Assembly: GCF_004010195.1 (NCBI RefSeq)
Contig: NC_057750.1
Coordinates: 10,534,643-10,598,642 of the forward strand
Length of the DNA: 64,000 nt
DNA from: Chiloscyllium plagiosum
Lineage: Eukaryota
Direction of reading: 5' to 3'
This document shows positions 38,869 through 51,524 of this stretch, in pieces. The notes under the pieces are model-generated. The model saw only the letters and a list, made by a program, of their open reading frames with translations, was not told the origin of the DNA and did not search any database. Within the stretch, counting starts at the first letter, position 1, and each line of letters opens with the position of its first letter. A program made the position numbers and the translations under genes.

Positions 38869-39479
38869 AAATGTGTAACGTCTCTCATCTGGGTGACATC
38901 ACCTCCAATATCCACTCGAAGCCCCAGATCAGCCCAACTTCCCAGAGAAGTCCACTGGCAGGGTCCCTGAATTTTACTCTAAGGCAGAGGTAGACAGGAT
39001 CTTGTATGACAGGGGCAGGCAAATGATATCCAGGGTGGGTAGAAATGTGGAGTTGAGACTGTAATCAGGCCAGCTGTGATCTTATCAGAGATCCTCTGCC
39101 TGCTCCTAAATAGTCTATTGTTATGACTTTAACAACGTTGTCGTCATTAACCTGGTTCACAATCTAAGATCTTTCACCATGTTACAGTACTGTGAGAGCA
39201 CCTGCAATAGCATATTGCAGTGGTTGAAGAATTTGACTCACCAGCATCCTCTTTAATGGAACTAAGAATGGCCAAGAGATACTGCCCTTGCCAGTAACAT
39301 TTATGCGTACCCCCTGACCGTAATGTTTTCTGAAATGACTCCTGCTCCTATTTTGGGTGCAATTCCGTTTGCCCGAGCTGGGATTTTGTCAATAGTAGTC
39401 ACATTGAAATGTCTTGAGCAAACTGTGTGGTTTTTTGAGCAGGGCGGGAGTGTCAGTAAAATTTCTCAGTGCATTTATA

Positions 39480-39990
39480 AAAAGGAATATAGCACAGAAG
39501 CAGACCCTTCGGCCCTCCGAGCCTGAACTGCCGCATTTTGCCCTTCCATTCTGAAACTGTCTGATGTTACAGGTTCCGTATCCCTCTATTCCCTTCCTAC
39601 TCATGTATTCATGTAGGTGCTTCTTGAACACTACTATTGTCTGCTTCCACCATCTCAACCAGCAGTTCATTCCAGGCACTCTTCATCCTCCATGTGAAAA
39701 ACCTGCCTCAAGCATATCTTTTAAAGCTCCTGTACGAGGCAACATCCTGGTAGACCTTTTGTATACCCTCTCCAAAACATCCACATCCTTCTGGTAGTGT
39801 GGTGACCAGAACTGTACGCAGTATTCGAAGTCTGGCCTAACTAAAGTTATATAAAGTTGCAGCACAACTTGTCTATTTCCAGTGAAGCTAAGCATGCCAT
39901 AAGCCTTTTTTTTTAAACCACTTTCTCTACCTGTGCTACCACCTTCCATCTGTCGACCTGCACACCCAGATCCCTCTGCAAATCAATGCT
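39480..39990 (-). mobile_element. CR1-like LINE fragment
   Basis: LYITLVRPDFEYCVQFWSPHYQKDVDVLERVYKRSTRMLP. Confidence 0.85.
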
Positions 39991-40457
39991 CTTACAGGTT
40001 CTGCCATTTCTTCTACTGTTGAGGACCAAATATGTTGTTGGGAGCAAAACTTCTAGAGATGCTGGGAATTGAGTTCACCTCTCAGGCAACGTGCCAGTTT
40101 CTTGCCAGAAATCAGACTTCTGAGAAACACTGGAAAAGGTGTTAGCTTTTTGGCTAATTCTGGAACTGCTTGCTCTTTTTGTATTACAAGCTGACTGACT
40201 GACAAAAGTCAAAGCTATACAGTAGGAAATATTTCAAACAAACTAGTAGTTTATCGTGTGACTGGGTCTTCGGTTGGAGACACCGGCTAACCTGATGGTT
40301 TTGATGTTCCTTTGTCTGAAATCATTGTTTAATAATAGACATCTGTGGAAACATTTGCACTAAGTAAAACAGTTTTGATGGTCTCCTTTGTTCAGAGGTA
40401 GAGATCTTATCTCCTCATCATTTGTGTTGGCTTAGCTGGCATGCTCCCTAACAAAAG

Positions 40458-40782
40458 GTGGCTGACTGGTTAGCACTGCTACCTCTCAGCACCAGAGACC
40501 CGGCTTCGATTCCACTGTTGGGTGACTGAGCAAACTCCACACAGGCATTCTCCCCGTGTCTGCATGGGTTTCCTCCTGGTGCCCTGGTTTCCTCCCACAA
40601 TTCAAAGATGTGCAGGTTAGGGTGGATTGGCCATGCTAAATTGCCCATAGTGTCCAGGGCGGTGAAGGCTAGGTGGGTTAGCCACAGGTAATGCAGGGTT
40701 ACAGGGGTAGAATAGGGGGCAGCTCTTTGGAGGGTCAGTGTGGACATGATGGGTGGAATGGCCTTCTTCATAGGGATTCTAT
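40458..40782 (+). mobile_element. HE1-like SINE, diverged
   Basis: ggttagcactgctacctctcagcaccagagacccggcttcgattcc...ggccatgctaaattgccc. Confidence 0.8.
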
Positions 40783-41865
40783 GAAGGAGTTTCACATTGC
40801 AGGAGCATGGCATAAGGTTTTCTCCTTCTCTGGTTATGATTGGCCAGGACTTTGTAGGAATTTATGGTCAGCTGGTATTTGGTTGGCATCTATGTCGTTA
40901 GTCCAGCAAATTATTCATTTTTAAGAAAAATTATGCGAGACATTAAAGTTTTGAACAAAACAATTTCTCTTCCTGTTCACTGGGCATTAGCAATCTCTGA
41001 TTCTTTGAATAAGTGAGTGACCAAAGAAAAGTAGATGTAGGATAGATTGAGAGTGCAGTTAACAAAGCAAACTGTATCCTTGATTTTATTGTAGAGACAC
41101 CGATCACAAGAGTAAGAGGGTATGCTAAATCATGAATAGGTCACTGGTTAAACTGAGCCTGGGCATTACATACAATTCTGGATGCAGAACTTTAAGGAGG
41201 ATATAGACACTTTGGCACACATGCAGGAGTATGTTCCAGGGTTAAGAAACTTAAGCTGTGAAAATGGATTGGAAACGTTTGGTACTGCTCTCCTAGTAGA
41301 GGAGCAGGTGAAGACAAGATTTGATATAAGCTTTTAAAATTGTAAGCAGGCAGAAACTATTCCTAGTCATTAAAAAAAACTGTGAATGAGAGGGCACTAT
41401 TTTTGAAGTCATTTGCAAAAGAAACAAATGCAATGTGACAAAAAGCCTTTTCATACAGCGAGCAGTTAAATATCTGGAATGCACTGCCTGGAAGTGGTAG
41501 AGGCAGGTTCAATTTAAACATTCAAAAGGCATTGGGCAGTTATTTGAATAGAAACAATGTGTGGTGTTCCAGGGAAAAGGCAGGAAAAAAAACACCAAGA
41601 AGTCATACCCACTTGAAAAGCCATGGTGGGCTTTCCAATTGGGCAACATACAATTCTGTGATTCAGTGAACGAGAGCAGATAAATCCACCATCCTGTATC
41701 GTATTGAGTCACTCTGAGCAGGGAACATGCCAAGGATTTCAGTGAACAGATACCAGGAATACTAAAAATCTGGGGATCTTTTCCAAGAGTCACCTTCAAA
41801 TTCAAAATTATTAAAGAATTTGATAAAGTAACGACAGAGAAGATGTTTCCACTTTCAACGCAAGT

Positions 41866-41996
41866 TCTGTTCTGAAGAAGGGTCACTCAACCTAAAGTGT
41901 TAACTGTGATTTCTCTCCACAAATGCTGCCAGATCTGCTGAGCTTTTCCTGCATTTTCTATTTTTGTTTCTGATTTACAGCATCTGTAGTTCTTTT
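41866..41996 (+). mobile_element. Old Penelope-like terminus with decayed hammerhead
   Basis: ctgaagaagggtcactcaacctaaagtgtt then atgctgccagatctgctgagctttt. Confidence 0.5.
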
Positions 41997-42165
41997 GGCT
42001 TCTATTTAAATGTTTCCACTTATTGGGTGAAACTAGCCACCGTTGTGCTATAATGGTACTACTGGACAGTGTGAAACCTAGATTGATAGGATTTTTTTTG
42101 GGTTATTTAGTTAATTTGGTTGTTAGTCATTGAGATATTTTCACACAAGGTTGCTGATTTTCTTT

Positions 42166-42918
42166 GAGGAGAAAGTGAGGATTGCAGATGCTGGAGATCA
42201 GGCAGCATCCGAGGAGCGGGAGAATCGACGTTTCGGGCATAGGCCCTTCACCCCAGGTGAAGACGATAGGTCAGAGAGGAGGGTGGAGTGGATAGGTGAG
42301 AAGGAAGATGAACAACTAGGACAGATCATGAGGGGGGGTCCCAAGTTGGAAGGTTTGATCTGGGATTTGGGGGGGAGGAGGGAGGAGGTGGGAAGGTGGG
42401 GCAGGAATGAAACTGGTGAAATCCACATTGATCCCATGTACTTGGAGGGTCCAAAAGCAGAAGATGAGGAGGTCCTGGACCACCTCCATTGTCAAACCCT
42501 TCCCACCCTCCGCTTGGAGGAAGAACACCTCGTCTTCTGCCTCGGGACCCTCCAATCACATGGGATCCATATGGATTTCACCAGTTCCTTATTTTCCTTC
42601 CCCCCACCTTATCCCAGACCCAACTTTCCAACTTGACACCACTCTCTTGTCGTGTCCTACTCGACCATCTTCCTTCCTCCTCTCCGATCTATCACCTTCA
42701 CCCCCATCTTCATCTACCTATCACATTCTCAGCTTAAACCCCCCCCCCCCCCCCCCNNNNNNNNNNNNNNNNNNNNNNNNCCCACCAAATTTCTCTCTCA
42801 GCCTCCTTGGCCCACAAGCCTCATTCCTGATGAAGGGCTTATGCCCAAAATGTCGATTGTCCTGCTCCTCAGATGCTGCCTGACTGGCTGTGCTTTTCCA
42901 GCACCACATTCTCAACTG
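42166..42918. mobile_element. Inverted pair of Penelope-like (family A, Neptune-like) 3' ends
   Basis: GIY-YIG C-terminal-like RLEEEHLVFCLGTLQSHGIHMDF; 42405-42470 is inverted relative to 42525-42593; partial or decayed hammerheads near 42227-42250 (-) and 42827-42854 (+). Confidence 0.75.
42757..42780. other. Assembly gap (24 N) after a poly-C run
   Basis: Run of n characters in the sequence. Confidence 0.99.
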
Positions 42919-43397
42919 CAGTAGAACCTCTCATGGGATGTGGGCATCTTTGGCAAGACCAGCATTTGTTGGCCAACCCTAATTGCCCTTGAGCTGAGTG
43001 GCTCGCTTGGCCATTGCTTGACACGGTTAAGATACCAGTTATGTTACTGTGGAGTTACCGGAAGGCCAGGCCAGATCAAAAGAGACTAATAAATTAGCTG
43101 GGTTTTTACAACAATCAATTATAGTTGTCATGGGTCACCATCACTGAGGCTAGATTTCTTTTCTAGTGTTGTGAATTGAATTAAAATTCCACCTGTTGGT
43201 CTTTGAACAGCCTGCACCCCTGGGATAGCAATTAAGTTTTGTTACCATTATGTCATGGTCTGCTCAATAATGGGAAAGACACAAACAGGGTATATTATTA
43301 GTAGTGACATGAGCTGCAGTACGGAGCAGAAAAGCCAGCATCAGTTAATTGAGCGGAATGGTCTGTTTCTGTGCTGTACGTTCTATGGAATATTTAA

Positions 43398-43556
<159 letters not shown>

Positions 43557-44154
43557 TGAGGCCAGGGATGGGAAGATAAATTGGGGGAAGCATACTTCAA
43601 TATTGATGGGGTGCAGCTTGCTATCTCTTGTGTTGATTGGCAGCTTCTATCACAGGACAGTAGCATTGTGATAATTCGGAGATCCGGGGACATTGGCTCA
43701 AATCCCAACACAACAGCTGGGGAAATTTTAAAATGCATTTGAAAAATAAATCTGTAACAAAATGCTGCTCTCATTCACCATAAAGAAACCACCGGATTGT
43801 TGCAAAAAAAAAATTAGGTTCACTTATGTCCTTTGGAGATGGAAATTTGCAGTCTTTACCCAGTCCGGCCTACGTGTGACTCCAGACCCACAGTAATGTG
43901 GTTGGCTGTTAATTTAGCAAGATACTCAGTGACTGAGCAGCACTTGCTCCAGGGTCATTTCCGTGAAGTTTTGGCATGGAGTGATCCACGGGATTACGAG
44001 GCCCTTTGGCCTGTCAGGCTAGTTTTGCCATTCAGTTGGATCACAGCATGTGTCTTAGCTCCAGTTGAGTGCCTTGGTTCCCCATCCCTTCGTACCCTCA
44101 CTGAACAAAACTAAACAGTCTCAGTTTTTGACTTTTTCAATGGACCACCCCCTT

Positions 44155-44770
44155 CTGTAAGAACATGAGCAGGAGTAGGCCATCTGCCCCATTGAGCCTG
44201 CTCCACTATTCAATAAGATCATGGCTGACCTTTCTGTGGGCTCAACTCCGCTTACCTGCCCGCTCACCATAACCTTAAATTCCCACACTGTTCCAAAATC
44301 TATCCATCTGTGCCTTAAAAACATTTGACAAGGTAGCCTTGACTGCTTCATTGGGCAGGGAATCCCACAGATTCGCAACCCTTTGGATGAAGAAATTCCT
44401 CCTCAGCTCAGTCTGCTTCTCCCTTATTTTGAGGCCATGCTCCCTAGTTTTTAGTGTCACCTGCTATTGAAAATGACCTCCCTGCTCCTATTTTATCTGT
44501 TCCATTCTTAATTCTATATGTTTCTGTAAGATCACTGTACGGTCTTCTAAATTTCAGTAAGTATAATCCCAATTTACTCAATCTCTCCTCATAAGTCAAC
44601 TCTGTCAACTCCAGAATCAAACTAGTGGACATCCACTGCACCCCCTCCAGTGCCTTTTTAAGTAAGACTGAAACTGTACACAGTATTTCCTCACAGCAGC
44701 CTATACAGTTGCAGCACAGCTCCCTGTTTTTAAACTCCATTATCACCTTGAGTTCCAGATATCCACTCTT
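44155..44770 (-). mobile_element. CR1-like LINE 3' fragment
   Basis: LTYEERLSKLGLY...DLTETYRI; ELRRNFFIQRVANLWDSLP. Confidence 0.85.
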
Positions 44771-45129
44771 CCTGGGCAATGGTACTGATTGAACTGTGCG
44801 AGGGAGAAAGTGTGGACGTCCAAACCTTGAGAAAATCTGGATAGATACTTGCTTTCAGTGAGGTAGCCATTCGAAATGGTTTCATTGTTTTACTAAAAGA
44901 AATATGAATGATCCAGCCATGAAAGCTGTTCAGCAAGACCTGGGCTTCAATTGGGAATGTCGCACTACTTTTAAAGGGGAGCTCTGTGCTGGGCATTCTG
45001 TGTGTTGCTTGTCAAGCCACGATCTGGTTGGTTGTCTGAGGACGAACAGCGTAATCTGCCCACTTGGGGAGTTTCTGGCTGCAGAGGGACAGCCATTGCT
45101 GACCACATACACACCACTGTGTTTTCTAG

Positions 45130-45283
45130 AGAGGAATGGACAAGAGCCATCCAAACTGTTGCAAACAGCTTGAAACATCAGGAGCCTGGAGACGATGCTA
45201 TGGACGTCAAGTCTGGCTCACCCAGTGACAGCTCGGGGCTGGAAGAGATGGAAGTGTCGATTTTGAAGTCGAGGAATAAAGTG
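45130..45283 (+). CDS. AKT2: AKT2 coding exon 4 (154 nt; PH helix and linker [15 protein letters not shown]...KSRNKV)
   Basis: Acceptor gttttctag, donor gttagt. Confidence 0.95.
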
Positions 45284-45890
45284 GTTAGTACATGGGTTCA
45301 TTTGGCAGGGTGCATACTGAGGTATTGGACATTTGACAAGTTCCCCAAGCCTTTCGATGTTTTTAATTGAAGTGCAGGCAAGTCATGTCCCAGGTCTGGG
45401 GCAGGAGAAACTTAGCCTTGGACCTTCACCCAGAGGTGACACACCACAGGAGCCCTAATGATGCACCTTTCACACTGTGAACCTGCATCCCTTCCACCCC
45501 TCCTTCAGATTGATATCCAGTCAGATTGGGTTGGTTCCCACCTGAATATTTGATTAGTTTTAAGATTAGCGAGTCTGAACAAGTTGGATTTTGCATGTTT
45601 AGCTGGTGCTACTGGACTTTGGAGGCAGGATGATGAATAACCTTGGCTGAGCCAGGGCCACTGCTGTGCCTGCATTTCATTAAGCTCCAGTGCACCCATT
45701 GGGAGAGGGATAATCTGCACCTCTGTCACTACTGAGTTCCACAGTGATTGCAGTGCAGCTTCTTTCAGTGATGGGAGGGGGTTTAATTTTATGGGTAAAA
45801 CAAAGCATCAACAATTTGAGCTTTTTAGTCCAGGCCTCCAATGATGTAACCTTTTAGTCTTATTCCTGAACAGCCAAGCGGTATGACTAA

Positions 45891-46160
<270 letters not shown>

Positions 46161-46284
46161 TAACCTCATTGATCTCTTTGTCCTTTTCCTTCCAATATGA
46201 CCCCCAAACCAGGTTGCCAATTCTGGGTTGGGTCCATATTCCTTGATGTCATTCCATGACTTTCTGGCCTTGCTCCCCATCCCC

Positions 46285-46439
46285 GACACAGACACAGAGA
46301 GAGACACAGACACAGAGAGAGACACAGACGCAGACACAGAGAGAGACACAGACGCAGAGACACAGAGACGCGCACACACACACAGACAGAGACGCGCACA
46401 CACACAGAGACAGACAGAGACACACACACAGACACACAC
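46285..46439. repeat. Compound (GACACA/GA/CA) microsatellite
   Basis: gacacagacacagagagagacaca... Confidence 0.9.
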
Positions 46440-46777
46440 CTCCCTAGCTACACCTCCACATGCTAATTGTGGAAAATGCACCATCTCTTCTGTACACAAT
46501 CGCATGGTTCTTAACTGATGGTCAACTTGCTCTTTGCCTCTTCCAAGAACTTTGAAGAGCAAACCAAAGTGTTGTGTGACATTCAAGGATGAGTAGGTCT
46601 TTGACATTCAGCGATGTCTTCCTTCACTTATTGGTGCCTTGCCAATGCCATGGATTCTCTGTTCTGTGTAAGATCATGGACAATACTGCACAGAAACAGC
46701 CTATTTGCCCTCCCGGCAGGACAATGATAGTTGAACTTGTGACCCAGGGACAACTACTACCTGCGAAGACCATGACC

Positions 46778-47140
46778 CGGGGAGAGTCTGTGCCTGTAAA
46801 ACCTGTGCCCCGGGGAGAGTCTGTGCCTGTAAAACCTGTGCCCCGGGGAGGGTCTGTGCCTGTAAAACCTGTGCCCTGGGGAGGGTCTGTGCCTGTAAAA
46901 CCTGTGCCCCGGGGACGGTTTGTGCCTGTAAAACCTGTGCCCCGGGGACGGTCTGTGCCTGTAAAACCTGTGCGCTGGAGAGGGTCTGTGCCTGTAAAAC
47001 TTGTGCGCCGGAGAGGGTCTGTGCCTGTAAAACTTGTGCGCTGGAGAGGGTCTGTGCCTGTAAAACCTGTGCGCCGGAGAGGGTCTGTGCCTGTAAAACT
47101 TGTGCGCCGGAGAGGGTCTGTGCCTGTAAAACCTATGCCC
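46778..47140. repeat. 33-bp minisatellite, 11 copies (CGGGGAGGGTCTGTGCCTGTAAAACCTGTGCCC-like)
   Basis: Eleven repeats of tgtgcctgtaaaac; 11-aa periodicity in the ORF track. Confidence 0.95.
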
Positions 47141-47248
47141 CAGGGTGAAACCCCTGCCCCAATCAGTGTCTCAGGGCAATTCTGCCCCATCGAATTTGTT
47201 AACTGGATAAAATTAAAACCACTAATGCTTGGTTTTGTCTCATTATAG

Positions 47249-47350
<102 letters not shown>

Positions 47351-48094
47351 TAATCCATATTCTCCAGACTATAGATCTGTCCTGTGTAGCTGTCTGTTTA
47401 TGTAAAAGTATATATTTGGCACAGGGCATTGTATTTACAGTAAAAACAGCTCCCATGTGTTGGGAAGTTGTAGACTTTTCCTATTCCGTCCAGGTTGTTT
47501 CAGTAAGTCGGTGTTTAGTTCATCACTATCGGTTAAGGGATTGCTATCTCCCACCAAGGACCGGTTGAATTATGTAGCTGTTTGGAGCTGAGCTTCCCAG
47601 CAGCACACACTCAGTCTGAGCTTAGTCGATGGTGTTTGGGGTAAAGCGAAAAGATGGTCAGGTTTCTGTGATGTATCCATGAGTTGAACTGCTTGTGGCA
47701 CTCTCTGAATAAGCCAATGGTGATCGTAGAGGCATTGTCACTCATGACTCCATGGAAAGCAGTTTCCTGCCTCCTGATTTGGAAGATTTTGGGTTCAGTC
47801 TTTATTCTTGAGGCTTGATCAGGAAATATAGGCTGATACACCCTGTGCAGTACAGAGGCAGCGCTGCACTGTCAGAAGTGCCCATTTTTTTCAGATGAGA
47901 TGTTAAGAGGTTCTGTCTACCCTGTCAAGTGGGTGGAGAAGATCCTATTTTAATAAATAACGTGGGAATTCAAGTCAAGCCATAAGTACCAGTATCCTTC
48001 ATTCAACGTCACTTCAAATAAAAATGGAAGATTGGTGATCAGCCTGCTATGTGTCAGGACTTGATGTGTGAAAATCAGCTGCTTTAAAGAAGAG

Positions 48095-48404
48095 ATTAGA
48101 TTACATTACATTACATTACATTACAGTGTGGAAACAGGCCCTTCGGCCCAACAAGTCCACATCGACCTGCCGAAGCGCAACCCACCCATACCCCTTACCT
48201 AACACCACGGGCAATTTAGCATCGCCAATTCACCTGACCTGCACATCTTTGGACTGTGGGAGGAAACCGGAGCACCCGGAGGAAACCCACGCAGACACGG
48301 GGAGAACGTGCAAACTCCACACAGTCAGTCGCCTGAGGCGGGAATTGAACCCGGGTCTCCGGCGCTGTGAGGCAGCAGTGCTAACCACTGTGCCACCGTG
48401 CCGC
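48095..48404 (-). mobile_element. HE1-like SINE, young and full length
   Basis: CpGs largely retained; (ttaca)n/(gatta)n tail; minus-strand 5' end gcggcacggtggcacagtggttagcactgctgcc. Confidence 0.92.
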
Positions 48405-48644
48405 TGTATTTTGTTACAACAATGATCACATTTCACAAAATAATTTGTCCGTCATGGAATGTTTTAGAATCTCTACCCTGTCTGTTGTAACCTTCAAAGT
48501 ATTTAGCAAAGGTGCATCCATGACCCTCTTGAGCAAGTCCTAAAATTCAGAACCCTTTAGGTGAAGAAATTTCTTCTGTCATCTCAGTCTGAAATGATTG
48601 GCCTTTTCTCCCGAGTCTCACATGTTCCAGATTTCCCAGCCTGT

Positions 48645-48843
48645 GTCTGTGTGGGTGCTCCGGTTTCCTCCCACAGTCCAAAGATGTGCAGGTCAGGTGA
48701 ATTGGCCATGCTAAATTGCCCGTAGTGTTAGGTAAGGGGTAAATGTAGGGGTATGGGTGGGTTGCGCTTTGGCAGGGCGATGTGGACTTGTTGGGCCGAA
48801 GGGCCTGTTTCCACACTGTAAGTAATCTAATCTAATCTAATCT
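48645..48843 (+). mobile_element. HE1-like SINE, 5'-truncated
   Basis: Near-identical to the reverse complement of 48124-48280; (ctaat)n tail. Confidence 0.9.
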
Positions 48844-49461
48844 GGTTGTAAATAGCCGAGGCCCAAAGCTGTTCCTTGCTGCACTCCTTTTGTCATAGTC
48901 TGCCCAGCACTAAAAGTGAGTCCCAGAGAAACATTTACTCTCTTTCTCCCTCCACTTTTTTTTTTATTACAGATCTCCAGCATCCACAAGACTTTGCTTT
49001 TAACTTTAAAAGTGCCTTGTTTATACCCGTTCTCTACTTCCTATCCTTTGACTAATTCTCTATGCATGCTCATATTGTACCATGGCTCTTTGAGCCCAGA
49101 ACTTATTGAAGATGCTCTAATCGTGCGGGTTTATATTTTCTCTACATTGCCTGTAGAGCAGAACTGCAACAAGAGTTAGTGCTTTTGGGAGCAAGCACAC
49201 AGTCCCTGTTGCTGTTGCCAATCTGTCCTTTGTCTGTCACAGCCTTTTCTATGCAATGCGATTTTTCAGAGAAATGAAGTCTTGACTTGACATCGCTTCC
49301 CAGATGGCTGTACCATGTGTGAAGTTCTTCAGCTTGTCTGATCTGCGTCAAAGGATCTTGCATCTCTTTCAACAGGGCATTAAGTTACATATAATATGAT
49401 TCACACATTACCTTGGCCGTGCTGTTTGTGCAGGTGGATCTCCCCCAGTCAGAGAACATGT

Positions 49462-49790
49462 TTAGATTAGATTAGATTCCCTACAGTGTGGAACCAAGCC
49501 CTTCAGCCTAACAAGTCCACACCGACCCTCCTAAGAGTAACCCATCCAGACCCATTCCCTACATTTACCCCTGACTAATGCACCTAACACTATGGGCAAT
49601 TTAGCATGGCCAATTCACTTAACCTGCACATCTTTGGACTGTAGGGAAAAAAACGGAGCACCTGGAAGAAACCCACAAAGACACAGGGAGAATGTACAAA
49701 CTCCACACAGAAAGTCACCTGAGGCAGGAATTGACCTGGGTCCATGGTGCTGTGATGCAGCAGCGTTAACCACTGAGTCACGATGCCACC
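49462..49790 (-). mobile_element. HE1-like SINE
   Basis: (gatta)n then cctacagtgtggaacc...gttaaccactgag. Confidence 0.85.
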
Positions 49791-50339
49791 CCAATGTGGG
49801 ATTTGTACTGGGTGATCGTACTAGAACAGGGTTAGCTGCCTTATATTTACATGGAATTCATAACACAGAAGTAGGCCATTTCCCCTACCCTTCACATCCC
49901 AAACCTGGGTTGAATCTGTGTTTATATTGTGCAAGAACCTTCTCCCTCTTTGATGCCTGGCCTAAAGTTGACCACGTAAGCACTGTGGAAAAAATCCATC
50001 TGGTTTACCATTGTACTTCAGGGAAGGAAATCTGTCATCTTTACTGGATCTGGCCAACATGTGACCCACAGCAATGTGGTTGACTTTGAACTGCCCACTT
50101 AGCAGCTATGGATGGGTAAGAAAACACTAGCCTAGTCAGCGACACCAACATCCCATCATCAAATAAAAGAAAAACAAAAGCACTTTTCCCACACTGCTCC
50201 AGTATTCTTCTCTCACCTCCTCCCTCATTTCCTTTAAACTGCTGCATCATTCTGAAGGCTTCTCAGTTTAAGTTTTTTTTGTTATTGCAAAGACCATTAC
50301 CCTCTTCAGTCTTTTACTTTTTCAATCTTGCTACAGTTT

Positions 50340-50850
50340 TACAGGGCCTTGGTGAGTGTTGTGCACAGTTTTGGTGTCCTAGTCCTAGTCTGAGGTAGGA
50401 CATTCTTTCTATTGAGGGAGTCCAACGAAGATTCACCAGACTGATTCCTGAAATGGCAGGACTGAAATGAAGAAAGACTGGACTTGTACTTACTGGAAGT
50501 TTGAAGAATGGAGGGTGGGGGGGGTGGTTTGGATCTCATAGAAACATATAAAATCCTGATGGGACTGGACAGGCTAGATGTGGGAAGAATGTTCCCAATG
50601 TTGGGGAAGTCCAGAACAAGGGGTCACAGCCTAAGAATAAGGGGTAAACTGTTCACGACTGAGATGAGGAGGAATTCTCTACCACAGAAAGCTGCTGGAG
50701 CCAGTTTGTTTGATATATTCAGTGAGGGAGCTGGATGTGACCCTCGTGGCTAAAGGGTTCAAGGGGAATGGAGAGAAAGTGGGAGTGGAGTACTGAAATT
50801 GCATGATCAACCATGGTCAGGCAGGTTTGAATAGCCAAACAGCACCTGGT
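50340..50850 (+). mobile_element. CR1-like LINE 3' fragment
   Basis: DLIETYKILMGLDRLD...SRTRGHSLRI. Confidence 0.8.
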
Positions 50851-51524
50851 TTCTATATTTACCGGCAGGGCGTCCGCTCAATTCTGATAATATCCTAATC
50901 TAGCTTTTCTGCAGTTTTGTCAGTGGTTCAATATCCCTCATCTACACCAGAACCTGCACAAAGTGCAGTGGCCTAAATATGTTTCAATATATACCTTTTA
51001 ATGCTTGCACCCAAAAGTTGTTTCTTTGGAAAATAAAGTCAGCTTTATGTTGCACTGCTTTTGGTGATTTGTAATGAGCTAGAATTCACCGCTTCCAGGG
51101 TGGGGAGCTGGATGCAGAGACGGTGAATGATTTTGAAAGGGAATTGGCTGGGAACTCGAGGGAACTAAAGTTGCAGTATTCTGGAGATAGTGGAGTGTGG
51201 GGCTGATTAGATTGCTCTGCTGAGAATTGGCAGACTTAGTGGGCTTCCTCTTGGGCAGTAACTACTCTCTGACCTTTTATTCTCCAAACACATGGCTGCT
51301 CTTACCCCGTTTGGTTTCTTGCCCTTCATGGAATTTGAGGCCTCCCCACTCTTCCTTCAAAGCTAAATGCCCTCTAAATTCATGATATTAAATTTTATTT
51401 GTCATGTATCTGTTCACTTTGCAGGCCTGGTTGAACCTTGCTGTAGTTTGGTGTAGACGTCCACATTATTGTCAGCTAGACTGCCAATTTTTTTTACCCT
51501 CAAAGTTTAAAGAAAAACCATACC

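Noticed and set aside
46589..47248. 219-aa and 188-aa repeat ORFs
   Set aside because: Translations of the 33-bp intronic minisatellite; the + ORF's stop coincides with the exon 6 acceptor TAG
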